From Deltaproteobacteria bacterium (GTDB taxonomy: Bacteria; Desulfobacterota; Binatia; UBA12015), in contig VGTG01000005.1 in NCBI GenBank assembly GCA_016874795.1, positions 15,393 to 79,392 of the forward strand: DNA of 64,000 nucleotides. The letters are read 5' to 3'. How positions within the stretch are numbered: position 1 is the stretch's first letter; each line of letters starts with the position of its first letter. This document shows positions 58,869 through 64,000 of the stretch, piece after piece. Under the pieces are notes generated by a model. The model was given only the letters and a program-made list of their open reading frames with translations. It did no database searches and had not been told where the DNA came from. Made by a program: the position numbers and the translations under genes.

Positions 58869-58899
58869 TTGACAACTTCTCATCATTGAGAAACGCTCA
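58869..58899 (+). promoter_or_regulatory. Promoter/operator upstream of the TetR gene
   Basis: TTGACA 58869-74; TTCTCA-TCAT-TGAGAA palindrome 58877-92; two TGA-N7-TCA units. Confidence 0.6.
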
Positions 58900-58905
58900 G
58901 CCACG

Positions 58906-59583
58906 TTGGACGCCCACGCCGAGCCCCGGCCGGGACCCTTGCCCGGCTCCGACGCCGGACGACGCGAGCGCCGCAAGGCCGACACGCGCCGCCGTCTCCT
59001 CGAAGCGGCGCGCCGTCTCTTCGCCGAGCACGGCTACGACGCGACGCGGCCGCAGGACATCGCGCGCGAGGCCGACGTCGCCGCGGGCACGTTCTACGTC
59101 CACTTCGCGGACAAGCGCGAAGCGTTTCTCGCGTTTACCGAGCAGGTCGCGGACGAGCTTCTCGCGCACATGGCGGCGTCCGCCCGGAATGCGAAGGACC
59201 GCGATCTCGCCGCGACGCTCGACCGCGCGCTCGCCTCGCTCTTCGATTACTCGCGGGACAACCCGGGCCTCCTGCGCGCCGTCTCCGCCGACGCGGCCGT
59301 CGCTTCGGCGGCGCTGCCGCCGGGAGCGAGCCTCCGCGAGCGGCTCGCGCAGACGCTTGCCGAGCGTCTCCGCCGCGCCGCCGCGGAGGGCGAGATCCCG
59401 AAGTCGTTCGATCCGGAGCTGATCGCGCACGGCGCCGTCGGCTTCCTGCACGCGGCACTCGTGCATGCCGGCGGCCGCGCGATCGACCGTCGGCGCGTGC
59501 TCGACAATCTCCGGCAGTTCCTCCGGCGTGCGCTCCTCGTGGAGACGCCGCCATCACCTCGAAAGGTAAGGAGCGCGCGATGA
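58906..59583 (+). CDS. TetR/AcrR family regulator
   Basis: DIAREADVAAGTFYVHFADK HTH. Confidence 0.88.
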   Translation: MDAHAEPRPGPLPGSDAGRRERRKADTRRRLLEAARRLFAEHGYDATRPQDIAREADVAAGTFYVHFADKREAFLAFTEQVADELLAHMAASARNAKDRDLAATLDRALASLFDYSRDNPGLLRAVSADAAVASAALPPGASLRERLAQTLAERLRRAAAEGEIPKSFDPELIAHGAVGFLHAALVHAGGRAIDRRRVLDNLRQFLRRALLVETPPSPRKVRSAR

Positions 59584-60602
59584 CGCAGCTCAGATACGAG
59601 CGTGAGGAGCTCCTCCGCTCCGATGACTACGCACGGCCGCACGTCGAGAACGGCCAGCTCCTGCACGGCGGCTTCGACGCGAGCGGACGCTACGTTCCAC
59701 CGCGGCTTCGCGATCGTGCGCGTGCGGTGTCGGCGTGGACGAAGGCGCTGCGCGAGCGGGGCGGCGATCTCCTTCCGGCAGACTCGTCGCTTCTCGCCGG
59801 CATCCGCTATCCGAGCGCGGCGCAGCAGAAGCTCTTGATCCAGGAGGGGCTCGGGCAGACGTTCTGGAACACGCTCACGATCACGGGACAGATCGAGGCG
59901 CGCGGGCGCGTCCTCGCCGAGGTCGTCTTCCCGGAGATCGGAGAAGCGGTCGAAGAGGACGTGTCCGAGATGGCGATCGGCCACCTGAACCGCGGACTCC
60001 TCGAGGCGCACGGCCTCGACGAGGGCGGCGAGCCCGCGCGCGGCATCGGCGGGCACGACGTGATGTGGTTCGTGCTGCGCGATCTCGCGTTCGGGCCGAC
60101 GGAGTTTCCGGAGCCGGTGATGCCGGAGGTGATCCGTCCCGAGTCCGAGGCGACCCCGATCCCCGGTCTGCCCGGAGCGCTGCACCGGATGTTCGACTTC
60201 CTCGTGAACCTCCTGATGATCGAGTTTCGCGCCGAGCGCGGCTTCGCGCTGGCCGAGTCGCTCCTGCGCGATCCGGATCTCTTCCGCGACCGCCGCGCCG
60301 AGGCGGAGCGCGCCGCGGAGATCGTCGATCGCATCCGCGCCGACGAGGCGATCCATGTCCGCTCGCTCCGGCTCTACCTCGGCGAGATCGCGACCTTGAC
60401 GTTCCGCTCGAAGGACGGCGGCCGCATCGCAGGACGAGACATCGTCGACTCGCTCTGGGGCGGCATCGTGCGGTGGGCGACCGTCGAGCAGCCGCCTCTC
60501 GCGGCCGCGCAGCAGCGGAAGCTCCTCGGCGATCGCATCCTCGCACACCCGGAAGGTTCGAGCCTGCTTCGCCGGTTCGACGCACTGGAGGAAGCGGCAT
60601 GA
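59580..60602 (+). CDS. Uncharacterised ferritin-like (putative di-iron) protein
   Basis: Helical protein with candidate ligands IEARG, HGLDE...GH, IEFRAE, DEAIH; coupled to both neighbours. Confidence 0.65.
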   Translation: MTQLRYEREELLRSDDYARPHVENGQLLHGGFDASGRYVPPRLRDRARAVSAWTKALRERGGDLLPADSSLLAGIRYPSAAQQKLLIQEGLGQTFWNTLTITGQIEARGRVLAEVVFPEIGEAVEEDVSEMAIGHLNRGLLEAHGLDEGGEPARGIGGHDVMWFVLRDLAFGPTEFPEPVMPEVIRPESEATPIPGLPGALHRMFDFLVNLLMIEFRAERGFALAESLLRDPDLFRDRRAEAERAAEIVDRIRADEAIHVRSLRLYLGEIATLTFRSKDGGRIAGRDIVDSLWGGIVRWATVEQPPLAAAQQRKLLGDRILAHPEGSSLLRRFDALEEAA

Positions 60603-61885
60603 AGTTCGGAATCTTCTACGAGCACCAGCTCCCGCGTCCCTGGCACGAGGGCGACGAGCATCGCCTGATCCAGGACGCGCTCGAGCAGGTCGAGCTCGCC
60701 GACCGTCTCGGCATCGACTACGCGTGGGAGGTCGAGCACCACTTCCTCGAGGAGTACTCGCACTCCTCCGCGCCGGAGGTGTTCCTCGCCGCATGCGCGG
60801 CGCGGACGAAGCGGATCCGCCTCGGCCACGGCATCACGCTCCTTCCGCCGGCGTACAACGCGCCGGCGCGCGTCGCGGAGCGGGTCGCGATGCTCGACCT
60901 CGTGTCGAGCGGCCGCGTCGAGCTCGGGACCGGCGAGTCGTCTTCGCTCGCGGAGCTCGGCGGCTTCGGCATCCGCGTCGACGCGAAGCGCGACATGTGG
61001 CGCGAGTCGCTCGAGCAGATCGCGAACATGATGGTGATGGAGCCGTACCCCGGCTTCGAGGGGAAGTTCTTCTCGATGCCGTGCCGGAACGTCGTGCCGA
61101 AGCCGCTGCAGAAGCCGCATCCGCCGCTCTGGGTCGCTTGCTCGAACCGCGCGACGATCCATCTCGCCGCGAAGCTCGGCATCGGCGCGTTGACGTTCGC
61201 ATTCGTCGATCCCGCGGAAGCGCGGAAGTGGGTGAGCGAGTACTACGAGATCCTCGAGAAGGAGTGCGAGCCCGTCGGACACGCGATCAACCCCAACATC
61301 GCGATGGTCACGGGCTTCTCCTGCCACCGCGACGAGGAGGAGGCGCGGCGCCGCGGCGAGGACGGCTTCCGCTTCTTCGGCTACGGCCTCGGCCACCACT
61401 ACGTCTTCGGCTCGCACAAGCCGGGCCGCACGAGCGTATGGGAGAACTTCGAGAAGGCGCGGGACGCGCTTCCGTCCGCGGGAGCGCACCGCGGGATCGG
61501 CACGCCGGACCAGCTCCGCGAGCACCTCCGTGCCTTCACGGAAGCCGGCGTCGATCAGGTGATCTTCATCCAGCAGGGCGGGCGGAACCGGCACGAGCAC
61601 ATCTGCGAGTCGCTCGAGCTCTTCGCGGGCGAGGTGATGCCCGAGTTCGCGGCGCGCGCCGAAGAGCGGGAGCGCGCGAAGCGCGAGCGTCTCGCGCCGA
61701 TCCTCGAGCGTGCGATGGCGCGGAAGAAGTGGATGCGCCCGCTCGAGGACGCGGAGATTCCCGAGATCCACGCGCTCGGTCGCCAGATCGTCGAGCAGAT
61801 GCAGAAGGACCAGCAGCCGGTTCCCGCGACGATCTCGACGGGAAGCGGCCTGTCCGTCCCGCTCACCGATCCCGCGCGGCGTTGA
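60599..61885 (+). CDS. LLM class flavin-dependent oxidoreductase
   Basis: MKFGIFYE, VEHHF, RIRLGHG, AERVAMLD..S.GRVELGTG, PKPLQKPHPP. Confidence 0.93.
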   Translation: MKFGIFYEHQLPRPWHEGDEHRLIQDALEQVELADRLGIDYAWEVEHHFLEEYSHSSAPEVFLAACAARTKRIRLGHGITLLPPAYNAPARVAERVAMLDLVSSGRVELGTGESSSLAELGGFGIRVDAKRDMWRESLEQIANMMVMEPYPGFEGKFFSMPCRNVVPKPLQKPHPPLWVACSNRATIHLAAKLGIGALTFAFVDPAEARKWVSEYYEILEKECEPVGHAINPNIAMVTGFSCHRDEEEARRRGEDGFRFFGYGLGHHYVFGSHKPGRTSVWENFEKARDALPSAGAHRGIGTPDQLREHLRAFTEAGVDQVIFIQQGGRNRHEHICESLELFAGEVMPEFAARAEERERAKRERLAPILERAMARKKWMRPLEDAEIPEIHALGRQIVEQMQKDQQPVPATISTGSGLSVPLTDPARR

Positions 61886-62015
61886 CGCTTTGCGCCTGGT
61901 CGCGCTGCTCGGGGGGAGCGCCGAGCAGCGACTGCGTACGTGCCGACGATCGTCGGCGGTCTGTACGCGCTCCGGCCCGCGCAGTGACTCCGCTGCGCGA
62001 AGCGACGGAGTCGGT

Positions 62016-62855
62016 TCAGCGCGTCGCCGTCATCGAAGACTGGATCTCGTCGACCAGATCTGCGAGCGCGCGCCGGAACGTGTCGACCGCTTCCCGCTTC
62101 TCGTGCACCGAGATGTCGAACGAGCGGACGTCGGTGTTCTCGCGCGAGAGCTGCACGACTTCTTCCGAGTCGTGCACGTAGGTCTTCCACGCGCTCACGG
62201 CCGTCTCGAGCTGCGCGCGGTCGAGCCCCTCCGGCTCGGCCTGGAGCTCCGCCAGGATGCGATCGATCGCGGTCTTCGAGCGGCGCATCTCCGCCTCGAG
62301 CCCGTCCATCTCGACGGAGTCGGCGGAGGCGATGTGCGGCGCGTGGCGAACCTGGATCCGGAGGGCTGCGATCGAGGCGGTCGCGAGCTCGCGGATCTGG
62401 TCCGGGTCGGAGCTCTGCGTCGCGATCTTGCCGAGTGTCGCGACGAGTCGATCGAGCGAGGTCGTCGCGGCCCCCGAGGAGAGCCGCATCGCCTTCAAGT
62501 TCGTGTTGGCGACGGCGAGAACCAGGAGGTGGGCGTCGACGGCGCGGAGGTCGTTCCACGCGACCGAGAGCGTCTCGAGCTTCGCCAGCTCCTCCGGGCG
62601 CCCGTCCTTCAAGAGCTTCCGGAGCTCGACGAGGTCGCGATCGACCTCGTCGGCGGCGGCCTTCGACTCCGCCGCGAACGCCGCGGGCTCCTGATCCCCG
62701 ACCGCGAGCACGGCGTTCTTCTCGGCCTCGACGGACCGCTCGAAGGCGTCGTCCATCTGACGGAGGAGCGCGAGCTCCTTCTGGTACGTCACGAACGCGG
62801 GCTCGGAGCCGCACGCGGCGAGGGCGACGAGCGCGACGAGAACCCACCGGACCAT
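62016..62855 (-). CDS. Lipoprotein with an MCP-like four-helix-bundle sensor domain
   Basis: Lipobox LAAC; all-helical; SRENTDVRS motif; no TM or signalling domain. Confidence 0.6.
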   Translation of the reverse strand: MVRWVLVALVALAACGSEPAFVTYQKELALLRQMDDAFERSVEAEKNAVLAVGDQEPAAFAAESKAAADEVDRDLVELRKLLKDGRPEELAKLETLSVAWNDLRAVDAHLLVLAVANTNLKAMRLSSGAATTSLDRLVATLGKIATQSSDPDQIRELATASIAALRIQVRHAPHIASADSVEMDGLEAEMRRSKTAIDRILAELQAEPEGLDRAQLETAVSAWKTYVHDSEEVVQLSRENTDVRSFDISVHEKREAVDTFRRALADLVDEIQSSMTATR

Positions 62856-63008
62856 GGCGCGGAGTGTACGAAAGGAGCGGCGGCCTGTCGAAACGGGCAC
62901 GGCGGCTCGGCCGCCGCGCGTCTCGGCTCCGGGCATCGCGCCGTGTTGCCTGCACGCGACGTGCCGAGGAGGGCGCCGATGCCGTCGCTGGAATCCGTTG
63001 CTTCTTCG

Positions 63009-63057
63009 CGGTGGACGGACCCTTCCTCCTTCTCGGTGGACGGACCCTTCCTCCTTC
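63009..63057. repeat. 24-bp perfect tandem duplication (period 25)
   Basis: CGGTGGACGGACCCTTCCTCCTTC at 63009-32 and 63034-57. Confidence 0.9.
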
Positions 63058-63064
63058 GGGGTCG

Positions 63065-63094
63065 TGTAAGGTCTTACCGGGTCGGCTGTAAGAC
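63065..63094. promoter_or_regulatory. Candidate TetR operator
   Basis: GTCTTAC-N10-GTAAGAC inverted repeat plus TGTAAG repeated at 22-bp spacing. Confidence 0.45.
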
Positions 63095-63155
63095 TGTCCG
63101 CTCCGCGGCCACCCAAAGCTTCATTCCGAACCCGGGGAAGGGTAGCGTCGAAGGC

Positions 63156-63827
63156 ATGGCGGCGTCTTCGCGACCCGGCCGCGGACCGGCGACCGCGGGT
63201 AAGCGCCGCGTGCCGCTCTCGCGCGAGCGCATCGTCACCGCGGCACTCGCCGTCATCGAGCGAGCGCCGGAGACCAAGCTGACTCTCGCGGCGGTCGCCT
63301 CGGAGCTCGGCGTCGCGACGATGTCCCTGTACACGCACGTGCGAAATCGCGAGGAGCTCCTCGAGGCGGTGCGTGCGGCCGCTCTCGCGAAGTTCGAGTT
63401 CGTTCCGAAGGTGGACGACGACTGGGAACGGCAGCTCTCGCAGCTCCTGCATGCGCTCCGTCAGCACGCTGCACGGTATCCATTCCTCGCATTCGAGCCT
63501 GCGGAGTTTCCGGTCGTCTGGCCGGCGCTGCTCGAGCCGCTCGTCGCGATCCTGCGCCGTGCCGGTCTTCGTGGTGTCGATCTCGCGGAATCGACGCGAT
63601 GGATCGGACGCAAGATCGGAATCCTCGCCCTCCTCGACCAGAGCTGGCCGCTGGGGCGTGCGGCAAAACCCGCTTCCTATCCGGACTTCCCCGCCGAGGC
63701 GGCGTCCGAGCTTCGCGACGTCCTGCCGTACCTCGCGAAGGGCGATCCCGATCACGCCTTCGAGTTCGCGGTCGAGAGAGCGATCGCGGCGATCCGCGAC
63801 CTCGTGCGGAAGAGCGGCGCCTCCTGA
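63156..63827 (+). CDS. TetR/AcrR family regulator (TetR_C-like)
   Basis: LSRERIV...VASELGVATMSLYTHVRNREEL. Confidence 0.85.
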   Translation: MAASSRPGRGPATAGKRRVPLSRERIVTAALAVIERAPETKLTLAAVASELGVATMSLYTHVRNREELLEAVRAAALAKFEFVPKVDDDWERQLSQLLHALRQHAARYPFLAFEPAEFPVVWPALLEPLVAILRRAGLRGVDLAESTRWIGRKIGILALLDQSWPLGRAAKPASYPDFPAEAASELRDVLPYLAKGDPDHAFEFAVERAIAAIRDLVRKSGAS

Positions 63828-63849
63828 GGCTTCGACCGGCGGCAGGAGC

Positions 63850-63881
63850 GAGAACGGCCGCCCTCTGGGGCGGCCGTTCTC
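63850..63881. terminator. Strong hairpin after TetR (putative terminator)
   Basis: GAGAACGGCCGCCC-TCTG-GGGCGGCCGTTCTC, 14-bp perfect stem; no long U-tract. Confidence 0.6.
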
Positions 63882-64000
63882 CTCAAGGTGATCGCTCGGT
63901 GATGCGTCCGAACGGCCGGTGCCCCTGTGGTTCCCGAGGGCTACACCGGGGAGCCGGTCGAGAGCAACCGTTTTAGGCACGAGCGATTCATTTCGAGAGA

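Noticed and set aside
63882..64000. N-terminal extension of ORF 62016-63980
   Set aside because: Antisense to TetR; the lipoprotein has its own start at 62855; the edge sequence is too short to interpret

Overview
A roughly 70% GC bacterial chromosome segment with about 55 intact genes. I saw no rRNA, tRNA, CRISPR array, prophage or transposase. The organism is diderm (TolC, OprB-like porin, DUF481 barrel). It also carries many actinobacterial-style catabolic genes (LLM/F420 oxidoreductases, P450 plus ferredoxin, crotonases, amidohydrolase) and Myxococcus-type Cys-rich secreted proteins. That mix suggests a Binatota/Myxococcota-related 'deltaproteobacterium' (inference only). Recognisable modules: class III ADH (frmA), DUF1800/DUF1501, GGT, an RlmD-like methyltransferase, a Zn-peptidase/ATP-grasp pair, Co-type nitrile hydratase nthBA plus activator, a TetR-TolC-HlyD-ABC efflux operon, an OafA-like acyltransferase, MsrA, ALDH, a VanX-like dipeptidase, two L,D-transpeptidases, PhyH and TauD dioxygenases, TetR-P450-ferredoxin, and TetR/ferritin-like/LLM. 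Most notable observations: (1) two large secreted proteins ~42 kb apart share an unrecognised 4-Cys N-terminal domain, and one also carries an internally duplicated unknown domain; (2) the intergenic region at 48.5-48.9 kb holds a 79-bp near-perfect palindrome next to a 178-bp CTAG-flanked MITE-like hairpin; (3) a small coiled-coil/winged-helix basic protein has Rok/H-NS-like architecture; (4) about a dozen gene remnants, apparently from deletions, include in-frame chimeras (L,D-transpeptidase::PhnZ tail, LysR::ADH). All family assignments come from motif recognition by eye, not from database searches.
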